A stretch of DNA of 64,000 bases from Octopus vulgaris (taxonomy: Eukaryota). The position numbers were made by a program, and so were the translations under genes. Of the stretch, positions 11,196 to 23,145 are shown piece after piece (the stretch's first letter is position 1; each line of letters begins with the position of its first letter). The notes beneath the pieces were generated by a model that was given only the letters and a program-made list of their open reading frames with translations, ran no database searches and was not told the origin of the DNA. The stretch covers positions 110,422,001 through 110,486,000 of the forward strand of contig OX597818.1 in assembly GCA_951406725.2 (NCBI GenBank), given 5' to 3'.

Positions 11196-13699
11196 CCTCT
11201 TTCATGGAGCAAATAGTTCTGCAACCAACAAGGGCAGATAATATACTGGATCTCTGCTCCACAAACAATATGGATATTATCCATAATGTTAATGTGATGA
11301 CGACAATGATCTCGGATAGACATAGAGCTGTCTATGTATGGAACAAAAGCCCCCGTAGACACACAGCCTATACGAAGCATCCACCATCTCTCCAACTTAA
11401 ACTTTCATAAAGCCAACTGGAAGTTGATTGAGAACGAGATCCTCAAACAGGATTAGCCTGAATGTCTCTCCACACCGGACATAAACATGAAACACAAACA
11501 CTTCATGTCCATAATACAAGCCATATGTGACAAATATGTCCCAGTGTGCAGGGCCAGCACACACAAGAACAAAAACAGGATCCCTAGAGAAAGGAGGATT
11601 CTTATGAGACGACGGACAAGGATTGCGAACCGCCTGAGCAAGCACACCAAAAGTGGTGAGAAGTCTCGGCTCGAAAGAATGCTAATGGAAACTGAGAAAA
11701 GTCTGCATCAGTCCCATGAAAAGGAGAGAGCAGATAAAGAAGCTTGGGTAATAGAAAATATAAAATCAAACCCTAAAGCTTTCTTTAAGTTTGCCAAAGA
11801 GACAGCCACAGTGCACCAGAGAATAGGACCTCTCTTCCAAAAAGATGGCTCTCTCACAGGAAATCCCACGAGGATAAGTGAAATACTGAACGAACAGTTC
11901 CAAAGTGTGTTCACTACACCTCTAGGACACAGGCAAGTAAACAACTCAGAAGAATTCTTTGCCACTTTACCTGCGGCCAAAGAGGCAGAAATTGAGTACG
12001 TCAACATCGAAGATGATGATATCACACTAGCCATAGATGAGATTGACACAAACTCAGCTGCTGGACCTGATGGATTCCCAGCGATCCTTCTCAAATCGTG
12101 CAAACGAGCCCTTGCAAAACCGCTACAGCTTCTTTTTCAGAGCTTTCTTGCAAGTGGTAAGCTCCCAGTCAAATTGAAAGAGGGGGTAATATGCCCTATC
12201 CATAAGGGAGGTAGCAGAGCAGATGCTAAAAATTATAGGCCTATCTCTCTGACCGCACACATCAGCAAAGTCATGGAACGAATAGTCCGTAAGAAACTAA
12301 TCATGTTCCTTGAAGAAAATGACTTGCTGTCTGACACCCAGCATGGATTTCGACCAGGTAGAGGCTGCCTAACACAGCTCCTGCAACACTATGACTGGGT
12401 GTTGAAACAGCTACTAAATGGCTCAAATGTGGATGTAATATATCTCGACTTTGCAAAAGCCTTTGATAAGGTCGACCATGGTATGATCTGTCACAAACTG
12501 CGTGGTCTCGGCATAGGCGGAAAACTTGGAGAGTGGCTGCACAACTTCCTAAAAGACAGAAAACAGGCAGTTGTGAGCAATGGAGCCACCTCCAAGGAAA
12601 CGCAAATAACAAGCGGTGTCCCACAGGGCACTGTCTTGGGGCCACTGATGTTCATAGTGGCCCTTTCAGACATGCCTTCAGTTGCTACAATGACCACCCT
12701 TGCTAGCTATGCAGATGACACAAAAGTCTCCCACGCAATACAAAACCCTGAAAATATTGCGCATCTGCAACAGGAGTTGGACACAATATACAGGTGGGCT
12801 GAGGACAACAACATGCATTTTAATGCAGGTAAGTTCCAGGCCCTGCGTTACTGGCACACAAAGGTAAACGACGTGCAGACTGGATACACTGGCCCAGGAA
12901 GAATTGCAATCCCTGAGTCAAAATCAGTGCGTGACCTGGGCATTGACATGAGCAATGATGCATCTTCCCAAGTGCATATTGCTAATCTGGTGATAAAATG
13001 CAGACGGCTAGCTGGATGGATTCTCCGAACTTTCAGAACAAGAGAGAAGGAGACACTGATGGTCCTATGGAAAACATTCGTCCTCAGCCGCTTGGACTAC
13101 TGCTCCCAACTGTGGTCACCACACAATATAAAACTAACAGCAGAACTCGAAGCAATTCAGAGAAGCTACACAAAGAAAATCGTCTCAATGCAAAATATCA
13201 GCTACTGGGAAAGACTGAAGGTATTAAACCTCTTCTCCCTAGAGCGAAGGCGGGAGAGATATGCGGTGATATACATCTGGAAAATCCTGGAGGGTCTTGT
13301 CGTAAACTTTGGCATTCAAAGTTACCCCAACCGCAGAACGGGGCGCCACTGCATGGTGCCAAGGATTCCAACATCACCATCAAAATACAGGTCCAGATAC
13401 TGCAACCGCTTGGGTTTCAGAGGACCACAGCTCTTTAACATCCTCCCTAAATGCCTGAGAGACTTACATGGTGTGGATGTGGGTTTCTTTAAAACTAAAC
13501 TGGATTTCTTCTTGTCGGGAGTCCCAGATGAACCTACCTCACGACAGGAGACGCGGATGCGGGCAGCAGCATCGAACTCCCTTGTTGATCAAGTGCCACG
13601 TATCAGAAGTGGATTCACAATTTAGTGTAGCTCATTCAGCGGTGGTGCCCCAGCATGGCCGCGGCCTTCGGGCTAAAACATTTTAAAGGAAATTTAAGG

Positions 13700-13705
<6 letters not shown>
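11196..13705 (+). mobile_element. CR1-type LINE, 5'-truncated within the AP endonuclease
   Basis: Upstream broken frame QPTRADNILDL (endonuclease C-terminal motif), long RT ORF, 3' stem-loop and short tail ending at (TA)n. Confidence 0.92.
11487..13625 (+). CDS. Non-LTR retrotransposon reverse transcriptase (ORF2 remnant, 712 aa uninterrupted)
   Basis: GPDG, NYRPISL, QHGFR, YLDFAKAFDKV, GVPQGTVLGP, YADD, RDLG, LDYCSQLWSP motifs. Confidence 0.93.
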   Translation: MKHKHFMSIIQAICDKYVPVCRASTHKNKNRIPRERRILMRRRTRIANRLSKHTKSGEKSRLERMLMETEKSLHQSHEKERADKEAWVIENIKSNPKAFFKFAKETATVHQRIGPLFQKDGSLTGNPTRISEILNEQFQSVFTTPLGHRQVNNSEEFFATLPAAKEAEIEYVNIEDDDITLAIDEIDTNSAAGPDGFPAILLKSCKRALAKPLQLLFQSFLASGKLPVKLKEGVICPIHKGGSRADAKNYRPISLTAHISKVMERIVRKKLIMFLEENDLLSDTQHGFRPGRGCLTQLLQHYDWVLKQLLNGSNVDVIYLDFAKAFDKVDHGMICHKLRGLGIGGKLGEWLHNFLKDRKQAVVSNGATSKETQITSGVPQGTVLGPLMFIVALSDMPSVATMTTLASYADDTKVSHAIQNPENIAHLQQELDTIYRWAEDNNMHFNAGKFQALRYWHTKVNDVQTGYTGPGRIAIPESKSVRDLGIDMSNDASSQVHIANLVIKCRRLAGWILRTFRTREKETLMVLWKTFVLSRLDYCSQLWSPHNIKLTAELEAIQRSYTKKIVSMQNISYWERLKVLNLFSLERRRERYAVIYIWKILEGLVVNFGIQSYPNRRTGRHCMVPRIPTSPSKYRSRYCNRLGFRGPQLFNILPKCLRDLHGVDVGFFKTKLDFFLSGVPDEPTSRQETRMRAAASNSLVDQVPRIRSGFTI

Positions 13706-13766
<61 letters not shown>

Positions 13767-13882
13767 TACTTAGAAGCCGGTCTGAGAGGATGTGGACGTG
13801 TTCTGTGCTGTGAAACTTTAAATCACAGTCAGCCTTTTGTTTAACACTCAAATTTGCAACTAAAAGTGTATACGCACTCAGA

Positions 13883-13916
<34 letters not shown>

Positions 13917-14570
13917 CATACCCGCACACATACGAGTATATGTGTTTGTATGTAGGTGTGTATAGGTGTGTGCGTATGTACGCATGCGTATGGCTATGTA
14001 TGTATGCTACTATGATGTTTTATTGTAGCTGAAAACCTTCAGAAGAGAGAAGTGAACTTTTAGAACAATAGAATGGTTTTATAAACGGTGCTATGATTGT
14101 TATTTGGCAAATAATCAAATAAACATTTAAAGTTGATTGGACAGGGGGTTATGACATTTCCAAATTAATGGACTCGGTTAGATAATACAATTAATCGCTG
14201 ACGAATATAGTACAAGCAGCAAAAACGAGTAAAACTTGAATAAAACGAATCGATGGCACTGGTGGTGATATGAGTCGCAGAAAAGAAAAAATTCCAGACA
14301 AGAATTGTTTACGAATTGAAGAAAACGTGGACGAAATAAGTCGAATATAGAAATAAGTTTTTAGATAGGAAAGAAGGGGAAGTGAAAATGGGAAATGCAT
14401 AAATATATTTGGATGGGATTAAATGGAGGGAATGTTTAAGAAAATTAAAAGATCAGAAAGGGTAAAGGCTTCAAACGAATATAGTTAAACAGTAATACAA
14501 GTGGGGCGGAGATAGCTTCAGTTCGTCACAGCAATTAAGCTACATCGATAAGTAGTATCAGTTTGAACTA

Positions 14571-14623
<53 letters not shown>

Positions 14624-14815
14624 TGAGGACAAACAGTAAGTTGTCATTATAGCTGTTTGTCCTAAATTATACATATATATATAATCCTCTATGTACTTAA
14701 TATCGAAATATCATTCATATGTTGTCACCTTTTATTATTATGTATGTATGGATGGATGGATGGATGGATGGATAAATAGATTGATAGATAGATATAATAT
14801 GGATGTACATAAGTG

Positions 14816-14880
<65 letters not shown>

Positions 14881-15139
14881 AAAAAGTCAAGGTAGAAAAT
14901 GCTAAAATAAGTTTATAAAAAAAAACATTTTAGTACCGGTTTCGGTCATTGAAACTTTTTCAAATCTCACTATGGAAAAAAAAATTTGGAAAAATTAAAA
15001 GAAAAGTTTTTTAAAAGAATATTTGCATTTTCCTTGTTTCTGCCTCTTTTTTACTCTCGTGGGTTCGAGGTTGTTGTGAATTCTTGGCAGAGAAGAAGAA
15101 AACAATGCGGGAGTGGTATGATAGTATTTTTTTAATTCT

Positions 15140-15480
15140 CTCTTTTATTTGTTTCAGTTATTTGACTGCGGCCATGCTGGGGCACCACCTTTAGTAGAGC
15201 AAATCGAATCGACCCCAGGGTTTATTCTTTGTAAGACTAGTGCTTATTCTATCAGACTCTTGTACCGAACCGCTAAGTTACGTGGACGTAAACACACTAG
15301 CATCGATTGTCAGGCGATGCTGGGGGAACAAACACAGACACACAAACACATAGGTAGGTATATATATAATATATATATATATACGCCGGACCTCTTTCAT
15401 TATCCGTCTACCAAATCCACTCACAAGGCTTTGGACGGCCCGAGAGGCAATAGCAGAAGACACTTGCCCAAGTTGCCACG
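15140..15480 (-). mobile_element. SINE family A, head truncated
   Basis: Reverse complement of the 35750-36110 body and tail. Confidence 0.85.
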
Positions 15481-15807
15481 TTGTCAATTCAAAAATTAAA
15501 ATTTATTAACATATATTCTATTCGTAAGTAATATAATATGATATAATACTTATTATTTATTATGTTATATTATTATAAGAATATAATATAATATTACGTT
15601 GATAAATTCTTATTTTCTAATTGACAATTTTGTATCTCCATTTTCTACTCATTTCTATAAATTTAATATATACCTATTATCCAATAGAACATTCAATATA
15701 TATGTGTGTGCACTTTCATTGGACATTAATAAATCAAAATAAAGATCCAGATAACACAGCATTAAAACACAAGTATATGAACATGTATATATTTAATATT
15801 TAAAAAT

Positions 15808-15972
15808 ACGCAAAAAGTGGCTGTGTGGTAAGTAGCTTGCTAACCAACCACATGGTTCCGGGTTCAGTTCCATTGCATGGCACCTTGAGCAAGTGTCTTC
15901 TGCTATAGCCCCGGGCTGACTAATGCCTTGTGAGTGGATTTGGTAGACGGAAACTGAAGGAAGCCTGTCGTA

Positions 15973-16039
<67 letters not shown>

Positions 16040-16220
16040 CCCCCTAGCATTGCTTGACAACCGATGCTGGTGTGTTTATGTCCCCGTCACTTAGCAGTTC
16101 GGCAAAAGAGACCGATAGAATAAGTACTAGGCTTACAAAGAATAAGTCCCGGGGTCGATTTGCTCGACTAAAGGCGGTGCTCCAGCATGGCCACAGTCAA
16201 ATGACTGAAACAAGTAAAAA
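15808..16220 (+). mobile_element. SINE family A (tRNA-like head, internal (TA)n(TG)n, LINE-like 3' tail)
   Basis: GTGGCTGTGTGGTAAG...GGGTTCAGTTCC head; tail GGCGGTGCTCCAGCATGGCC; near-identical to 35677-36125. Confidence 0.9.
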
Positions 16221-17381
16221 TATGTATAAAACGTATATGTATAAAAGATATGTATAAGAAAAACTCGTAGGTATTTAAAAATATTTAAAGATACTCATAT
16301 ATATAAATACACAGGTAAAATATGATACATAAACATAATATAAGAGTTATTGAATTAATTGTTTCACACGATAATTATTAATTCACACGATAAGATAGAA
16401 GGTAATAAAGATTCACAAGTTCCTACACAGAATCCGGTGGAAAATTTGAAATTATACAACATTAACATGACATATTAATACATGAAGATTATGGTCCCTC
16501 GACGGGCCGTTTCGGAGACGTGTTCGATAATATGATATCAATTTCATATTTAAATGAGACAGACACTCCCCTCATCACAATGATAGCAACATATAAAAGG
16601 ACAACTTATTTCGTTACATTCTATCCAATTTCGAAAGTCTTATTGATAATTCAGTAATCCCCTTTGAAGATCAGTGATATTAACTCACTAGCATGATCTG
16701 GTATATTGAATTAAAGGCCTGTGTTAAGCTCAGTTCAGGCCATTCTATTATAGTATATTTTAAATTTTATTTTTAATTCCATTCCAATGTTTATCTGAAG
16801 TTAGCTATCCTAGTTCAAATCATACCAATTCAATCCTTACCAACATAAAATACTATCTACTAATATTTACTTCATTGATTATAATATTATTTTCAATTAT
16901 ATTTTAAATTTCCAATTACAGATTTTAGATTTTAGATTTTAAAAATGTTCATTATCATCTTTATCCTTACTTCAAATTGATATTATGACTTTTTATTATT
17001 TTTACTCTTATTCTTATCCTTATATTTATTTTGGTTTTTACATTTCTTTAAAAATGTCGAGTGTATCTTATGTGTGCAAGCCGGAATTCCATCAGTAAAT
17101 TTATTTAGCATGGCATGATTGTATTATAAAGTATGCCTCTCTGATGCATAATCTACATCTAGTGGATCCGATTCCAAAGGGAGGGGCATGAGCCGGGATG
17201 GACCAAGATAATTTGAATTCTATACTCACTTCCCAAAGGTCGTTTATAGACGATGCTAATGCGATGGATGTCCTTTATTTTGGATTCTTAAAAGAACTAA
17301 GGTGGCTCCTGTACCTTTGCTTCAAGTCTATCGTGCTCCCGATATTGGTTCGTCTTTGGCCATTATGGATTTGTACGCTAC

Positions 17382-17535
17382 ATTGTGCCTTACAATGTAA
17401 CACACTCACCGGTAAAACTTTTTCAATAGTCTTGGCTATTGAAAAGGTTGCAAGACGCAACGAAAATTTTAGGAAAATAAAAATAAGAAACAAGTGGAAT
17501 TTTTACCGGTGAGTGTTTTACATTATAAGGCACAA
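17382..17535. repeat. Inverted repeat (~38-bp arms, ~80-bp spacer)
   Basis: TTGTGCCTTACAATGTAACACACTCACCGGTAAAA ... TTTTACCGGTGAGTGTTTTACATTATAAGGCACAA. Confidence 0.85.
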
Positions 17536-19199
17536 AAAGAAAATGACTCGAAATATAAATATACAGCGAGAAATTTTCTCCATTACAAAATAGAGTGAAT
17601 GACGTTGTTACGGTTTCGAATATATCTCAAGCATATTTGAACTGGTAACAAGTTTGTATTGAGAATTATTAGAAATTATAAACTTAATGCAGAAACGATA
17701 TAGATTCAATACAAGCCGTCTATCGGACCATCAGCATAAAGCATCATTCCTGCATAGCTCTGAAGGTGTCACTTGAAAACCTGGAAGGGTTTATACAACC
17801 CCACGCCAGTTCCTGGTTTAGCTACATAACCCTGGTAATATAATGTAAAGCTTAAATGTCTGAACAGTCAACTATTTATTCAAACTGGATAGATATATTT
17901 CTATGCTGTGTACATAGCAAGAAGAGGAACTATTTCACACCTACACACACACACACACACACACAAACACATACACACATGCACACACACATGCACACAC
18001 ACACACATGCACACATGCATTGCAAGTGTAGAGAGAAGCGACAGTGTAAGGGTTATCCGATCTCTCAGTGCTTTCTAGATGCAACTATTGATGAATAGAA
18101 AATTATTATTTTTAGATGCAACTATTGATGAAAAACGAATTAATATAGATGATAGAGAGAGAATTATGATAGATACAGAGAATTATATATATGTGCTTTT
18201 GATATATTTGCTGGAAATATTGGCACAGATTGTTGTTATAAATGTATTATAATCACCGAAGCCTAAAGAAATCGAGATATATTGGACACATACTGTTAAA
18301 TCTCCAACTGTTGTTGTACAACTACACTTCCTACACACTGGTCGCTACTAATGTATATACATTGTTTATGTGTGTTACATGACTGTGTCTCGATTTGTGT
18401 TGTTAGTATGTATCCTAAATATATCTCCAGTCGTGTGTAAAAGACACTTTTGGCATTACTCGTCCTTAAATATGCATTTCAATAATTCCGTAGAGCTATT
18501 TAAATATTCTCCGTGCATGTGTATAGAGAATCAGTGGCCAGGAATTAACTACATAACTAGTCTATAACGGAGAGTTGAAATGCTTTCCTCCCTCCGTTTG
18601 TTTGCAATTGTATGGCTGTCCTCTTTACCCTCTTAACCCCGAAATATTATTCATGTTAATTTGGTGATTGGCAGTCCCAACTATCAATAACTCTAATGTG
18701 TTTACACTTTTATTATGTCAGAATGTTAGCTTAGAAGCTTTAACATCTCAAATTGCATTTTGCTTGGACTTATGTACATTTCAGTCGCTGTCAAAGACTG
18801 GTTAGAAAGATTCGACTAATTCTGCAGTTAAACTATTCGGTTTAAGCAACAGACAAGACAAACGAACCTCCCAAAAGAAACCTTACAAGATTTTATATCT
18901 TCGTCTAGTAATGAACATATGTATACAAATACCGCTAAAAGTCATGACACGTGATTGTAGAACGAAATCTTTTGAAGTAAGTAGTTTAATATTGAAATAC
19001 ATATAGGTTTTGAGAGGAAGTTAGATTTAATTAAGTCTTTGATCTAAGGTTTTCATGTAGAACAAAATATTCTCTGATAACATAGGAACATTTTGAATGC
19101 GATTCTTTATAAACTAGAAATTTTTTACTTCACCTAACTAAAGAATCGCAACCGAATGAAATGAGAAAAGGAAACAGAAATATAAAATGAAAGTTTAGA

Positions 19200-19628
19200 A
19201 GCGCAGACATGGCTGTGCGGAAAGATGCCTGCTTCTGAATCACATGGCTTTGGGTTCAATCCCATTGAGTGACAACTTGAACGCCACGCAGTGGAGTCTT
19301 CTGCTGTAGCCTCAGGCTGACCAAAGAATTGTGAGTGGATTTAACAAACAGAAGCTGAAAGAAACCAATCATGTGTGTGTGTGTGTGTGCGCGCGTGCGC
19401 GCATGTGTGTGTGTGCGTACGCGCGCGTGTGTTTCTGTTTGTATTTGTCCACCACCACCACTTGACAACTGTTGTAGGTTTCTTTAAATCTACGTAACTA
19501 ACCGGCTCGACAAAAAGAGGCCGATAAAATAAGAACCAGACTTTCAAAATTGTACGACTAAATCCTTCAATTCATTGCCCCAGTATGGCCGCAGTCTAAT
19601 GACCCAAACACGTGGAAGATAAAAGAAA
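19200..19628 (+). mobile_element. Older SINE family A copy
   Basis: Same head, body and tail layout with more substitutions. Confidence 0.8.
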
Positions 19629-19699
19629 AATGAGTTGAAAACTTTCTGTTCGGAAGATCCATATCTTGTTAAATGCCAATAAATTATTTAAGAATTTCA

Positions 19700-19750
19700 T
19701 TTCCAGCAAAGACTCTTTTCCAGCAAAGACTCTTTTCCAGCCAAGAATCT
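19700..19750. repeat. 17-bp tandem repeat x3 (TTTTCCAGCAAAGACTC)
   Basis: Directly visible. Confidence 0.85.
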
Positions 19751-19934
19751 GCGACGACATTTAGTCTTCTTACAAGAAGCATCTGACAAAATTTGGCCCA
19801 GATTATTGTTCTAAATGAAGGGAATTCACAAGGAACTTGAGAGAAAGCCTAGTGTAGTGTTTGTCGTGGGAAAACAGCTTTGACATGTCTCTTCTCGCGT
19901 AATCCTTCATAATGTCTAGCAAAATTGGTGTCTA

Positions 19935-20352
19935 CCTATTCCTTTACTACCCACAAGGGGCTAAATACAGAGGGAACAAACAAGGAGAGACAAACGGGTT
20001 AAGTCGATTTTATCGACCCCAGTGCGTAACTGGTACTTAATTTATCGACCCCGAAAGGATGAAGGGCAAAGTCGACCTCGGCGGAATTTGAACTCAGAAC
20101 GTAACGGCAGACGAAATACCTATTTCTTTACTACCCACAAGGGGCTAAACACAGAGAGGACAAACAAGGACAGACAAACGGATTAAGTCGACTATATCAA
20201 CCCCAGTGCGTAACTGGTACTTAAGTTATCGACTCCGAAAGGATGAAAGGCAAAGTCGACCTCGGCGGAATTTGAACTCAGAACGTAGCAGCAGACGAAA
20301 TACCTCTAAGCATTTCGCCCGGCGTGCTAACAATTCTACCAGCTTGCCGCCC
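19935..20352 (-). mobile_element. SINE family B with tandemly duplicated body and tail
   Basis: Two consecutive ~185-bp units CTTTACTACCCACAAGGGGCTAAA...GCAGACGAAATACC followed by a single head. Confidence 0.9.
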
Positions 20353-22809
20353 TTCGATGAAATAAAGTGTTTGTCAAGTGCTGCAATCGATATACTCGCT
20401 CCAAATTCACGGTTTCCAATTCATGGTTTTGTAAGAAATTGATTTCATTTAACGTGACATTTCTAACGAGGTGAATGAGCTTAGCTTTTGCTAACAAGTA
20501 ACTCGATCCAAAACTCAGATCCACAGAAGCATAGCCAGGTTCTTAATTAACAGTCTTCTGCTGAAAGCCCTTGTTAACAAATAAGTCGGAACGGCAAGAA
20601 TTTTCACCGGACCCTGAATTTTCTAGATTCATGATTTGTGAAGCTAGAAAATGCGCGGAGTTTTAAAATAATCGCTAATTGCGATTATTTCAAAATTCAG
20701 TTCTTACAAACTTCACGTCTCTTTGCAATTTGCCTTGCGTAGCTCGAGCCCAGACCCGAACCATTACACAATGTTCTAAAAGGAATATAAATATAACAAA
20801 ATAACCAGTTGCCAACAGTATTTGTCGATGCTTCCATTACTTTTTTCGGATAAACGGCAGGTTGTGGCTAGTAACAGCGCGATAGAGAATAAATTTATTT
20901 TATACGATTATTTAATCCGAGAGTTGACTGAATTCCATGGTCGTCTGACATTTAATGCAAGTATAGTGTTGAGAAATCACAACCATAACAGACAGCAGTT
21001 CTTGCCAGAGATTATGTTATGAGTGCTGTCTCATAACATAGAACAGAGCGAATAAAATATGTTTGCATGAGTTAATCCAAATCACGAAAATGGCAACTGA
21101 TTAACTACCACTCAAACATAAATATATTTAGAGGTGTCAAGAACATCACCATGTTAATGAACCTGATGTTGGTCAGTCTGACGTCAAATTCGTGCCAACA
21201 TATCTCGACGTACACCATAAGAACACAACTTTTCAAAAATCGATATCCGCAACTTAGAATATCTTCAAATGTATAAGGAAATATTTGAGGAAATGAATGT
21301 AAAATTGAATATGTTGAAGTGGTTTTTATGTGCAGCAAGAAAATCTACTGTAATTAGAAAATCGGTTGAAGCGTGGCAGAGATCGGTTTGGTAGGAAAAC
21401 AGGCCAAACTGAGAATGTGTTTCGTGATAGTTCTATCTACAAAAGCTTCGTCTCACCCGATTCACACCGTTTTCAATAAGCAAGGCATATCGGATAATGT
21501 TGTCTTAGATATCAATAAAATGACGGTATGATCATGGTTGGAACGCTATTAATTATTTGTTTGTTCGATATCGCCAATAGTTCAAGGAAGTTAAGGAATC
21601 TTATAATTTGAGTTGGCCAAACAATGTTAGTCATTGCGACAAGGATTTCCTCTCTAACATTCGTGAAGAAATAGCTATAAGTCGGTGACTGGGAAGACAG
21701 GAGTGTGTTAGACTCAGGAGAGCATCGGGAAATACGTCTTGAGGAATTTAGCTGCGTTGAGACTTGAATCCTACAGAGGTCGGCTTTATCTGTCATCATT
21801 CTAGTAGTGACGGCGAGACAGTAAAATATGAATCAGTCTTGTACGAGATCAATAAAGACGGTGATTCTTATTTATCTTGTTCCAGTTTCCGGTAATGTAC
21901 AGGGAGGGTGTTCGGTTAAATGCGACGAGTTTTATGCCTCGTTTCTTTTAGGGAAGAGCTTTGTGTGTTGGTGAAGTGTCAACGGTGTTGGAGAGCATAA
22001 GAACTAGTGTTGTAGGTGAGAAGAAGTTAGGTGGCATGGAGGACGGGTAGCCGCCTGAATATGGGAAAAGAAATACCTGTATCGTAATGATTCGCTCCAT
22101 GAACCAAAAAAACCGACATTAGGATTACAACGAGAGATGTATCGACAAAATTCTAAGTAATATGAAATGTGTTCCCCTGTTAATTAAATACATCCACCAG
22201 TGTTGTGTGCTACTTTCTTTCATTCAGCCACTCTGGGTTGGCATGTGTGTGTGTGTGTGTGTGTGTGTGAGTGTGTGTGTGTGTGTGTGCGTGTGTGTGT
22301 GTATGTGTGTGTGTGTGATGGCTGCCATCCGATTTTGAGCAATGTCATCGCTTAGCTTTCTCTCTTCAACAGGAGCAGTAGAGATGTGAGTCTCGAGTCC
22401 TCTCGGGGAGTATAAATGCTTTTGCAAAAACGGTGCAACGATGAATTCCTCTTCAAACACGTGTTCAGGGCATCTACCATCACCATCCACATATGTACAC
22501 ACACACACATACGCGCACACTTGCACACGCACATACACACACACACACACACACACGCACACACACACACGGGTGCATACACGGGCACACGTACACACAT
22601 ACGTATGCACGCGCGCATACAGACATTCTGAAGGCCTGGAATGTATCTCGTTTGCTGTTGTAGTTTCTTCTTTTTCCTGGCGATGATCACAAATACATAT
22701 ATATATATCATCTAGGTAATAACCTCATAACCTGCATATCAAAACCCTTTTAAGGTTATCGGCTACCTTATGCCATCTTACAGCAGAGTTACTCATTTTA
22801 CTGCATCGG

Positions 22810-23145
22810 GGGGACACCCTTTGGTCATGAATGACCATGGGATTGCACCTACATAGTTACCCTCCGAAGCCCAAGTCCGGGCAAGGTTGTTTATGGAAGG
22901 CCAGCAGTCGCCCATGCATTCAGGCCTCCCCTCTCCACGCCACTAGTGTTATCCAAGGGAAAGGCAAAAGGGGCCGATACAGCTTGGCACCTATGACGTC
23001 ACAACTCATTTCTACAGCCGAGTGAACTGGAGCAACGTGAAATGAAGTGGCTTGCTCAAGAACACAACACGCAGTCCGGTCCGGGATTCGAGCTCACAAC
23101 CTCATGATCGTAAGCTCGACGCTCTAACTACTGAGCCATGCGCCT
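22810..23145 (-). mobile_element. SINE family D (tRNA-derived head)
   Basis: Minus-strand head GGCGCATGGCTCAG..GTTAGAGCG...GAGCTCGAATCCC; second copy at 24845-25112. Confidence 0.85.

Noticed and set aside
19935-20352. Direct repeats that might suggest a CRISPR array or LTRs
   Set aside because: This is a tandemly duplicated SINE body with no unique spacers and no cas or LTR-internal genes.
20560-21830. Possible ancient LINE fragment
   Set aside because: No diagnostic motif could be read in any frame.
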